This document shows, piece by piece, positions 11,662 to 23,833 of a stretch of 52,901 bases of DNA. Both the position numbers and the translations under genes were made by a program. The stretch comes from Octopus bimaculoides. Taxonomy: Eukaryota. The notes under the pieces are model-generated. The model searched no databases, had not been told where the DNA came from, and saw only the letters and a program-made list of their open reading frames with translations. Position 1 is the stretch's first letter; every line of letters begins with the position of its first letter. Where the stretch lies: the NCBI RefSeq assembly GCF_001194135.2, contig NC_068991.1, positions 71,575,478 to 71,628,378 on the forward strand, read 5' to 3'.

Positions 11662-14600
11662 GCACGTCTTTCGCCCGTCACTCATTTCTGAGTTCAAATT
11701 CTGCCGAGGTCGACTCTACCTTTCATCCTTTTGGGATCGATAAATTAAGTACCAGTTGAACACTGGGGTCAATGTAATTTACTCCTCTCTTCCCCCCAAA
11801 TTGCTGCCCTTGTGGCAAAATTTGAAACCATTATTATTATTGGAGCCTGGTTCAGCCTTCTGGCTTGCCAGTCCTCAGTCAAATCGTCCAACCCATGCTA
11901 GCATGGAAAGTGGACATTAAACGATGATTATTATTATTATTAAGGTATTGAGCTGACTGAATCATAAGCGCGTCGGACAAAAATGCTTAGCACTTCTTTT
12001 GGGTTTTTTTTTTTTACATTCATCATCATCGTTTAACGTCCGCCCTCCATGCTGGCATGGGTAGGACAGTTTGATAAGAGCCGGCCAGGCAGAAGCCAGC
12101 ACCAGACTTCTGTGACTGTTTTGACAGGATTTTTACAGCCGAATGCCCTTCCTGACACCATCCACCCTGCAGAGTTCAAATTCTGCTGGGGTTGACTTTG
12201 CTTTTCATCCTGTTGGTGTTTGAAAAAAAATCAAAGTACCAATCTAGTACTAAGTCGATGTAATCATGTTACCCTTCCTTCCCCCAAAATTGCTGGCCTT
12301 GTGCCCCCAAAAAAGTTTTTGTGGTAATTACGATTGCAAATTCATATGTAGAGTTTTTGTGCAGCTGCTCTTGTATGAAGCAATCCTGTTAATACAATGC
12401 AGAATGGAGGGCTATTCAGATATGGGTTTGTGGTCTTCGTTTACTCCTTTTTATCCCAAACACGAAAGAGCTGCTACATAATCTCTTGATCTGCAAAAAA
12501 TAGCAACCAAATCTCTCTAAATTCACAACAAACCTAACTGTAATCATCTTGAAAAAAAAATGGGTGGGTGGACGCTTTTGGAAATGTAGTTTAAGTTAAA
12601 ACTGGGCCTGGGAAGATGAAATAGTGTCAATGTTGTACAAGCAGTATTGTTCATTTCCAATATTCTGTGAAAACATCAGTGGCTATAGGGATGTATTACC
12701 TTGTGCTTGGAAACAGGTAAGGGTTGGCCACAGGAAGAGCATCTGGCTGTAGAAAATGTGCCTCAGCATATTTCCTCTGACCCATGTAAGTATGGGAAAG
12801 TGGTTGTTAAAATGATGCTGATCCAAAGAAAGGATTGGACAAATTATTTAGTGTAATGTCTGGAAGGTGAGACGTGTTACAGGGAATGAGTGAGGAGACG
12901 AGTGGTCATGTGTGGAGAAAGTGTACTATTAGCTTGGTCAGAAGAACAGTCGCTGTCATGTTCACCACAGATGAGACGTAAAGAAGATTCTGTGTGGCTG
13001 TGAGCCAATGGTTGCAGTCTGTTGATGAATGAACGATTGTCAAAGATGTGTTAAAGAAGGGTTTGACTCCAGGTGTTTCAGAGGATATTTAAACCGGCCA
13101 TATCAGGCCAAAAGTATTCTGCTTGTTTTATGTTCAAACTGGCCAAATCTGGTCTCTCACACCAACCCTACAATATCGTTTTAAAAATTGACACCTACCT
13201 CATCAAAATCTCATAGCTACAAGATAATGCATGATTAGTTCAAAACAATGTGGATGAAAAAGCATTAATTTTGGCAGAATGCAAACACTAAAGGGTTAAA
13301 GGATATAGATGTAACACCTAGCTCCAAATCATTCATCTGAATTGTGTGTGTGCGCGCAGGCGCGCATGCTAGCCTGTTGCATATTTTGGGGGGGATGTAG
13401 GTTATGACATTACCCAATCATATTGTCCTGCGCTTCACGAATGCCACATAGATAACTAATGGGTTTTGTGCTTATCTCTGGGGCACCTTGTTTAAAGTGT
13501 GATACATCTATTGAATTGTTGGACTCTCTGCGTCTCAATGAAGCTATTCTTCATGAAAGTAGTAACAGACAGATACCCAAAGTGAATGGGATGTGCCTCC
13601 TTTTGGCCAGAATGCTAATCTCTCGGATACAACTTCTAGAATTCTTTCTTCCTTCCCCTCTCTGTCTCTCATAGTTAAGTGAACTGGAGTGTACAGAAAG
13701 AATAAATGACGTTGCTCAAAGACAAAAGATCTGAAGGAGACTGAACTCAAAACCTTTGAACTTGCCATCTTAGTGCAGGGGTCTCCAAAGTCTCCTGAGG
13801 TTACAGTTGAAGACTCTTGCCCAAGGTGCCACACAGTGGGACTGAACCTGGAACCAGACAATTGGAGCCTTGTGCATCTTTATGCTTGCCAGCATGGAAG
13901 ATGGCTATTAGATGGTGATGATGATACATCATTTAATAAACACGGGATTTAACCCTTTAGCATTCGGATAACTCTGTTAAATTTAACAGTACAATATGTG
14001 TGTGTGTGTCTTCAAATGATGGTTGTAAACAAGCATCACTGTAAAACATGTCTGGCCATGGAATCTGGTGAGGGTTGGTGACAGGAAAGGACATCCAGCT
14101 GTAGAAAATCTGCCTTGACAAATACAGCCTGGCTCCTGCAAGCATGGGAAAGTGGATATTAAATGGCGAAGAAAGGGAAGAATATTTTAATCATGTTATT
14201 AAATGGCTCTCTTTTATTTTTTTCAGGTCTGTGATGAACTGAAGGAAATGCCTTCCAAGAGTATAAAATTTGGTTTGGTTCTGGCTCAGAAAGACTACTC
14301 CCCCATTATACGGCATTTTGGTCTCCAGCTTCTAGAGCATTGTATCAAGTAAGTTACACGATCTCTCTCTCTCTCTCCCTCTCCGTCTCCGTCTTTCTCT
14401 TTTTCTCTCTCTCTCTCTCTCTCTCTATAAGCCATGATTAACCCAAAACGGTGTGAATAAATAAGCATAACATTTGACAGAGTAATCAGGGCTTTAAAGG
14501 GTTTAGACTTCTTATAATTTCTGAGCCTATCTTTTCCATTTCTGATATTGGAAAATAAATGTTAAAAGCAAAAAAGTATTTGATCTCTTCATTTTTTTAA

Positions 14601-17600
14601 CTTATTGTAGATATCGTTGGAATGATTTAACACCAGAAGAGAAAAATCGAATGAAGAAAAGTGCTCTGGAATTAATTTCAACAGTAAGTGATCTTGAGAC
14701 GGTTTTTTTTTTTTTTGGTTTTTTTTGCATTTTTTAAATTTTATTTGAAAATATTTTTTTTTTTAATGATTTTTCTGAGTTTTTAAGTTTCTCATTAGGT
14801 CAGGTGTGTGTGTGTGTTGGTGGTGCCATGTGCCATCACAGCGTGTTGCTGCACTCACTCTTTGTTGGTATATTGCTGGTTCCTCCTGGGCAGAGTCTCA
14901 GTGAGTCTACATCTCTGTAAGATACGTCCTCACCTGCCACAACCATGTGGCATGTGGTCGATCAACATGAGCCATCAACACAGCTGGGTGTTCAGTGTAG
15001 AGAACTTGGTAAGCAGGGTCTAATTTGGAAAATCAATCCACATGGTCAAACAGTCTCGTGCTCCCGAATCATACAAATCTCAGGATGCATCCCAGCTTCG
15101 GAGTAGTCTTTGTCTGTTTCTGTCTCTTTGCAAGTTTTTCATGCTGAAGCAAAATAGTTTAGCTCTTTCATGTAACTACCATGTTTGATGGCATATAAGA
15201 CTCTTTTTTTTTTTCCCCAAAATATATATTCCAAAAATCACTCTGCATCCTATATCTGATGTTGGGCCTAATTTTGTCTCTGACTCTCACTAATCATCAT
15301 CATCATCATATGTCCATTGTCCATGCTGGCATGGGTTGGCCAGTTTGACTGGCCTGGCATGCTGGAAGGCTGCAGCAGACTCCAGTCTGATTCGGCATGG
15401 TTTTCTATGGCTGGATGCCCTTCCTAACGCCAACCACTCTGAGAGTCTAATGGGTGTCACTGGCACATGTACCAATTTGCATGACACTGGTATCTGCGAT
15501 TCTGCTCAGCTTGATGGGGCTTCTTCTCAGGCATAACCTAATGCCAAAGGTCTTGGTCATTGCTGCGTGAGGCCCAACTAATTTTAATCCAGTCAGTCAC
15601 TTCTACCTAGACTGGCGTGGTTATGTGGTAAAAACTTTGCTTCCCAACCACACGTTCTGGGTTCGTTCCCACTGTGTGGCACCTTGTGCCAGTGTATATG
15701 TGCTGCTGAAATTGGGGATTGTCTAATATGTCTGCACCTTTTATGCCATCAAATACGATGTATATATTTCTAATAAACAGACTGGCTGTTATGCCATACA
15801 CCATATATGATATACATTCCTGATTTGGTTTTTTAACTACCAAAGTAACTTAAGAATTATGAATAGAAAGCTTTTTATGAAATCTATGAGATAATGCAAG
15901 ATTAATTCAAATCAATAGCCATCTGGTTCACCAGTCCTCAGTCAAATCATCCAACCCATGCTAGCATGGAAAGCGGACATTAAACGATGATGATGATAAA
16001 GCATAACATTTGACAGCGGAACCTGAATGCTATAGGGTTGAAGGGCAGAGAAGAATATCAATTTTCCTCAAAATCCACAAAACAGTGCCAATAGCAACCA
16101 CTGTTCCAATACCTAAACTCTTAGACGAAGAACTTCCTATAATTCTGCTCTTGTTTAAAATGTTATTTATTATTGGTGGCTCCTTTTTTATATCTTTTCT
16201 TCTCTCTTTTATTTCTTCAGGGAACGCAAGGTATTCTGGTGGAAGAACATCATATAAAAGATGCAGTGTCTCGAATAACTGTAGAAATTCTTAAAAGAGA
16301 TTGGCCCCAACTTTGGGCAACGTTACTAAAAGACTTGGAAATTTTAAGCCGTCTAGGGGTTTGTGTTTAATTTTTTTAAATTTTTTTTTTTAGCTTTTGT
16401 GTGATATTATCAACATTCTTTATGTCCACTCTTCCATTCTGGCATAGGTTGGACTGGGTATTTCAATACAGGCATGGCTGTCTGAAGTTTGCTTCACAAC
16501 CACATAGTTCTAGGTTCAATCCCATTATATGGTACCTAGAGCAATTGTCTTCTTTTGTTCTGGGCCAACCAAAACTTTATGGATTTAGTAGATGGAAGCT
16601 GAAAGAATCCCATTGTACAGTTTGGCATCATATAATAATTGTAAATGATGGCATTGTTGTAGAAGCTGTGTCATTCAATTCCAATATTCTGCAAAGAACA
16701 TGTTTGGCCATAAGTTTGATAGAATTTATTGAGGCAGATTTTCTACGGCTGGGTGGGTGCCCTTCCTGTTGCCAACCCTCACTTATTTCCAAGCAAAGTG
16801 ATATTGCTTCCACAACCAGACGTGATTTTTTGCGGAATATTGGAAGTGAACAACACCTCCTGTATGACAGTGACACTCATTTACATCTATCACATGATGT
16901 CATGGCAAGGAGACAAACATGCAAACACACACACACACATACATATATTTACTATGGGCTTCTTTCAGTTTTTTTATTTCTGTATTGCCCACAAGGGGCT
17001 AAACAGAAAGGACAAACAAGGACAGACAAACAGATTAAGTCGATTACATCGACCGCAGTGTGTAACTGGTACTTAATTTATCGACCCAAGCGGATGAAAA
17101 GGCAAAATCGACCTCGGCGGAATTTGAACTCAGAACGTAACGGCAGACGAAATACTGCGAAGCATTTCGCCCAGCATGCTAACGTTTCCGCCAGCTTGCC
17201 GGCTTTTTTCAGTTTCTGTGTACCAAATCCACTCACAAGGATTTGGTTGGCCCAGGGCTATAGTCAAAGATAACTAAGGTGTCACACAGTAGGACTGAGC
17301 CTGAAACCATACAAGGTCTGGTCAGTAAGTATCTGGACTGTTACCATAGTAACGAAGCTAAAGCACACAGATTGACCTTGACTTCTGTTGTGCATGCGCA
17401 CCAAGTTTTAACGTTCCAGCTCACTTTCGCTGTTTACAGCAGTGCTTGGAAGGAAGGTGTGTAGCGTGTGATCGTCACATTGATCACGATAGAGAAAGTT
17501 GTCATGGCGATACCTGCTCAGAAGCCTATACAAAGTTGCAGAAGTGTATGGAGAGGGGTGTATGAGCCACACAGAAGTATATGAGTGGTTCAGAAGTTTC

Positions 17601-20071
17601 CAAGATGGCTGTTCTGGGAGACTCGCAACCAGCAGAACTGAGAAAAACGTTGCAGATGTGAGGGGAGAAATCATTGAACCACCATCCGTAGGTTATCAGA
17701 AGATGTGCAGATCAGTTACGGTTCAGTTCAGTCCATTATCACTGAAGATTTGGGTGTGAGACGTGCGTCTGCCAAGTTTGTTCCAAAACTGCTTTCAGCC
17801 AACCAAAAAGACACTCGGGTTTCAGTTGCACAAGATCTCCTTGATTGTGTCGAGAACGATGAAAACTTTTTGAAAACTTTGCATAGGCCTCTGAGCTGGT
17901 GTCACCAAGCTTTTGGCAAAATTTGATGCAGATTCTCTGCTTCTGCTCAACTTTACTTGTCGTGGTCAATGCGACGATCACACGCTACACACCTTCCTTC
18001 CAAGCACTGCTGTAAACAGTAGTGAGCTAGAATGTTAAAACTTAGTGTGCATGCTCAGCACAGTTCAAGGTCAATCTGTACTAAGCGACTTTACTCTGCA
18101 TTCTGTAGCTTTGTTACTATGGCAACAGTCCGGATACTTATTGATCAGACCACATACGGTTGGGAATAAAATATTTGTTGAAAAATGTTTGGGAAAATGC
18201 TGAACTAAAGATTTTTTAAAATTGAGATCTTAAAACCAAGGTGCCATGTAAAAAAAACACCCAGTACATTCTGTAAAGTGGCTGGGAACTCGGTGCAGAT
18301 CCTGGCCTTGCCAGTTCCTGTCAAGCCGTCCAACCCATGCCAGCATGGCAAACAGACGTTAAACAATGATGATGATGAATGATTTATCTTCTTTTTCTCT
18401 CTTCTACAGGAAACTCAGACTGAGCTGGTTCTTATGGTCTTTCTACGAGTTGTCGAAGATGTCATTGCATTTCAGAGCATTCCACAACAGCGGCGACGAG
18501 AAATCCAACAGACACTAACGGCTAACTTAGGGGACCTTTTTAAATTTTTCTTGGCCAAACTCAATTATCATAAAGGACAGTATCAATCATTGGTAAGTCA
18601 AAATCAATGCCTCACCTGATATTTATTATAATCATACTTACAGACACTGGCATGACTTTGTGGTTAAGAAGCTTGCTTCTCAATCACGTGGCCTCGAGTT
18701 CAGTCCCACAATGCAGCACCTTAGGCAGGTGTCTTCTACTATTGCCCTGAGCTAACCAAAACCTTGTGAGTGGATTTGGTAAATGGAAATTGAAAGAAGC
18801 CCATTGCGCATGTGTGTTTGTGTGTGCTTGTCTTGACATCGTTTGATAGTTGTAAAATGACTGTCACTGTCATACAAGCAGGGTCATTCGTTTGCAATAT
18901 ACTGTAAAAGACATGTCTGGTCATAGAAAAATATTACTGTGTTTGGAAGCAAGTGTAGGTTGATGACAGGGAGAGCATCTGGCTTCCTTAGTAAAAACTC
19001 CTTCCATCCCATGCCAGCATGGAAAAGTGGATATTAAAATATGATGAGGAAAAGCTTTTGTACAGTTACTATCTACCAGTTCTACTCACAAGGCATTGGT
19101 CAGCCCAATGCGAGAGTAGAAGACACTCACTCAAAGTGGGTTTGAACTCACAACTACATGATTACAAAGCGTACTTCATTACCATACAGATATGGTTATG
19201 TATTTCTGAAAGTTCATTCTGCAGGCATGTAGTTCTGGGCTTGATCCCACTGCGTAGTATATTTAGGCAAATTTCTTCTGTAAGAGCCTCAGACCAATCC
19301 AACCCATGTGAGATAAAATACAAATCAAATACTGAGGATTGATATAATCAATTGTTCTCTTCCACCCAAAATTTGTAGCCCTGGGCCTATGTAAGAAATT
19401 GTCATCATCTTCATCATCATTTGTCTGTTTACCATGCTGATATGGGTTTGACGGTTTGACAGGATCCAGCAAAAGTTGCATTGAGCTTTTCAGTGTCAGC
19501 GTTCGGCATGGTTTCTGTGTTCTGGATACCCTTCTTAACGCTAACCACTTTGCAGTGTAAACTGGGTACTTTTTCCAAGCCACTGGCACTTGTGCGATCA
19601 CTGAGTAACTTTTAAGACAGGAAGATAACAGGGAAAAAGCCCCCCTGTTCAGAGGCTAAAGTATGATAGAGGGGACAAGCACAAGTGTCTTGCTATAAAG
19701 GAGATTGACCACCCCACATTATATAAGGGTGGACAGAAGTTGCTTGGAAGGAGGTAAAGATGGTAGAAATGGAGGTACCAAACAAATTCCCAAGGAACTA
19801 CAAGAAGGTGAGCATAAAAGATGGTACAAACAGTGGATCTAAGGATGGCAGGGAGTAGGGAAGAGAAGGTGGTTAGTTTTATAAGAGTGTGAGAAGAGAA
19901 ATGACAATACAGTTCTATATTTAAGAGATGAGAATTATTTACATTTGACGGATATTTGTCCTCATCTTGTTTGTTGTTAACACAACGTTTCGGCTGATAT
20001 ACCCACCAGCCTTCATCAGGTGTCTTGGGGAAATTTCAAACCTGGGTTCTCATTCCTAAGGTATTTTTCGA

Positions 20072-20103
<32 letters not shown>

Positions 20104-23100
20104 TCACTGCCTGGAATCAACCTCAGAATCTTGGGGTTAGTAGCCCGCACTCTTAACCACTACACCATATGCCCGTGGGCATAGTGGTTAAGAGCACGGG
20201 CTACTAACCCCAAGATTCCGAGTTCGATTCTAAGCAGTGACCTGAATGATAATAATAACATTGAAAAATACCTTAGGAATGAGAACCCAGGTTCAAAATT
20301 TCCCCAAGACACCTGATGAAGGCTGGAGGATATATCAGCCGAAATGTTGTCTTAACAACAAACAAGATGAGGACAAATGTAAATAATGTAAGAGAAATGA
20401 CAAACGATGATTAATTTCTAACCATTTTTTATGTTTCCTTTTCAGCAACAAAGTACAGAGAGAGACTTTCAGATGAGGGCACTGGTTCACTGCCGAGTAT
20501 GTGAAGCTGTACTACAGACCTTGTGTGGTTTTGTAGAGTGGGTACCAATGAGTCATATTCTTGACGACAATAGTCTTCTTCTACGGTTGTTGTGTCTGCT
20601 ATTAAATGACAAATCACTCCAGTTAATGGCAGCAGAATGTCTTCTACTTATTGTTTCCAGAAGGGTAACTGACACTATCATAAACTTGTATTTGGTTACC
20701 TTATTTGATGGCATATAAAATGCACAATTTTTTCTTTTAAAGAACGTCTGAAAAAAGTCACCTCCGGTCCTGTATGCAAAGTTGCTTTAACCCTTTAGCA
20801 TCCAAATTACTCTGTCAAATATAATGTTCATTTATTTATATTGTTTTGAATTAGCCATACATTATCTTGTAGCTTTTGAGATTTCAATGATATGATTGTT
20901 TGTTCTTAAAATGACACAGTGGAGTAGGTGTGAAAGGCCTAATTTGGCCAGTTTGTACATGAAACAGAATATCTGGGTCAGATATGGTCAGTTTAAATGC
21001 TGATAGGTTAAACTATTAGCATTTAAATTTATATCATTCTAAAAATAAACAATCGCATCATCGAAATCTCAAAGCTACAAATACAAGACAAATCTGTTAC
21101 CATTTGGCACTTAAAATAACTATACCAGGCCTAAATATTGTACCTGTTTTTTCTTTTTTTGTTCAAACTAGCCAGATCTGGCCTCTCACATCTACCCTAC
21201 AATGTCATTCTAAAAATAATCAATTACATCTGCGTAATCGTTACCAGCGTTGCCTTCTAGCACTTGTGCTGGTGGCACATTAGAAAACCATTCGAGCGAG
21301 GTCATTGCCAGTACTGCTGAACTGGCTCCCATGCAGGTAGCACGTAAAAAACACCTTTTTGAGCGTGGCCGTTGCCAGTACCGTGTGACTGGCCTTCGTG
21401 CTGGTGTCACGTAAAAGCACCCACTACACTCTCGGAGTGGTTGGCGTTAGGAAGGGCATCCAGCTGTAGAAACTCTGCCAGATCAGATTGGAGCCTGGTG
21501 CAGCCTTCTGGCTTGCCAGTCCTCACTCAAATCGTCCAACCCATGCTAGCATGGAAAGCNNNNNNNNNNNNNNNNNNNNNNNNNNNNNNNNNNNNNNNNN
21601 NNNNNNNNNNNNNNNNNNNNNNNNNNNNNNNNNNNNNNNNNNNNNNNNNNNNNNNNNNNNNNNNNNNNNNNNNNNNNNNNNNNNNNNNNNNNNNNNNNNN
21701 NNNNNNNNNNNNNNNNNNNNNNNNNNNNNNNNNNNNNNNNNNNNNNNNNNNNNNNNNNNNNNNNNNNNNNNNNNNNNNNNNTTAAGACTTAACTCAGAGC
21801 AGGAAGTGGAGTCGGGGGCAACAGTGTCCAAGGTTGTTTGTTGAAGAGAGCACCTCAAACACTAGTTGATAAGAAAAGGGACGGGAAGCACAATTTATCG
21901 GTTGTTACTACCTTAGGAAACAGTGTATCAAAATATCTGTTTATTCTCAAACCTGGCCTGACTACTCGCAGCAGCAGAGATCATTCTGCTAAAGGTACCT
22001 AAGGATCAGAAGTGATGTTGGTATGAAAAAACTGGGTGGCGGATAAAGTATTTCACCAAGTAACAAACCAGTACAGTTTCCATCCAGCAGAGTTCATCCA
22101 CAAGACTTTCGTTTAACCACCAAAGCATTGCTAGAAAACACTGGGTGAGGTTTAATGTGATGGAATTAGGTTTTGCTTTGCTTTTTTTTTTTTTTTTTTT
22201 TTTTTTTCTAGAAAATTAGGCTGGTTACAAGGGGCTTTGCACACGGCCTTCACAGGGTTTCTGGGACGAGTAAGATTAACATTATCACTCTTTAATGTCT
22301 AGGTTGACTAGTTCGACAGGAGCCAAGCTCCAAAGTCTGTTTCCATATGGTTTCTATGGCTGAATGCCCTTCCAAATGCCAACCACTTTATAGAATGTAC
22401 TGAATGACACTGGTACCAGTGAGGTCACCAAGTAATTTGCAAAACCAGACCCTTTAACTGAGGGTGGTAGGACTAGTATTGGCATGGTTATCTTTATTCT
22501 TGAACATTAGTAGTTGCAGGGGGGAAAAATGTACAGGGAGGGAATCTGAGATGTTCTGAAGAGATAAGTTTAAACATAGGGCTTATGAAGAAGAATCATG
22601 ATATTTGAGACATGACAAGTGTTTGAGTAGAGCTGGCATGGAAACAGTTGGCACCAAAGAGCAAAAGCCACTATAATAATGTTAAAGAGAAGAACCAGAG
22701 TATCTTTAGGCCAGATGTTGAGGTGTGTCAATAAACAACTTGATGCCAATTAATCAGTTTGTTTTACAAATGTAGATTAGTTAATCTTTAGATATGAAAA
22801 CCTTTCAAACCTACAGTACTGCACAATCTCATCTCTCATCTCATCTTCTTCGCTCACTTATTCCTGGAAGGGTTGTAGGGGCAGTGTCCTCAAGTACTCC
22901 TTCCATGGGGTCTTGTTAGAAGCAACCGTCTCCAATTGATCCAGCTGGACTCATGGATATTAAAAACAGCCAAACTCATGGATGTTATCCTACCATCTTG
23001 TTTTGCTAGTAAAACCTATCCAGCAATTCTTTCATGAGACATTTTTACCACATATCCATAGTATTGGAGCTGCGATCTCTCAATTTAGAGAAGTAGTGCC

Positions 23101-23755
23101 TTTTGTTTTGAACATCTCTATTTTGAGTGTCTCTATTTTAGGTGTCGCTGATCTCTGAGCTTAATGATTTTTCAGAAGAGAATTATGAATAGAAAGTGGA
23201 TATTTGTATAATGTAATATTTGGGGGTAATGTTGAGTTTTGCTATTTACATAGCATTTGGTCAGTGTTGTATCATAATATTTCATCAATTTCAGGGTCGC
23301 TTGGAAGAGAGAAAACCTTTACTGATATTGTTCAGTGACGATGCCATGTCTATTATTTTTACTGCTGCTATGTAAGTTCATTTTTCTTCTCTCCCTTCTC
23401 TTTTTCTAAGTATCTACCTCAAAAAAGGTTATCATCACCCCCATTAGCTACAGAAACCAAAAGATACCTGATATGTATGTATGTATAAGTTAGAGGTGTT
23501 TAAAGCCTCTAAGGGATATGTAAATCCAAAGGCTCTCCTGGTGATTGCCTTAGTAGGTATATTCCTTGTAAAAGGTATACGGCAGCAGGTAATAAGGTGA
23601 GTAAACCGTAGTTTAATTTATATAGAAAATGGAGGAATAATAACAAACAGAAGTGTCTTTTGCACTAGTAAGCCATTATTTAATTAGTAAGGCTTACTAT
23701 AGCACAAAAGATACATTTCTGTTTGTTATTTTTCCTCCATTTTCTTCTCGTATAT

Positions 23756-23833
<78 letters not shown>

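Noticed and set aside
12840-13080. Possible CR1/Jockey-like LINE 3' remnants (also ~21782-22170 and ~28600-28960)
   Set aside because: Too degenerate to assign by eye; no clean diagnostic motif.
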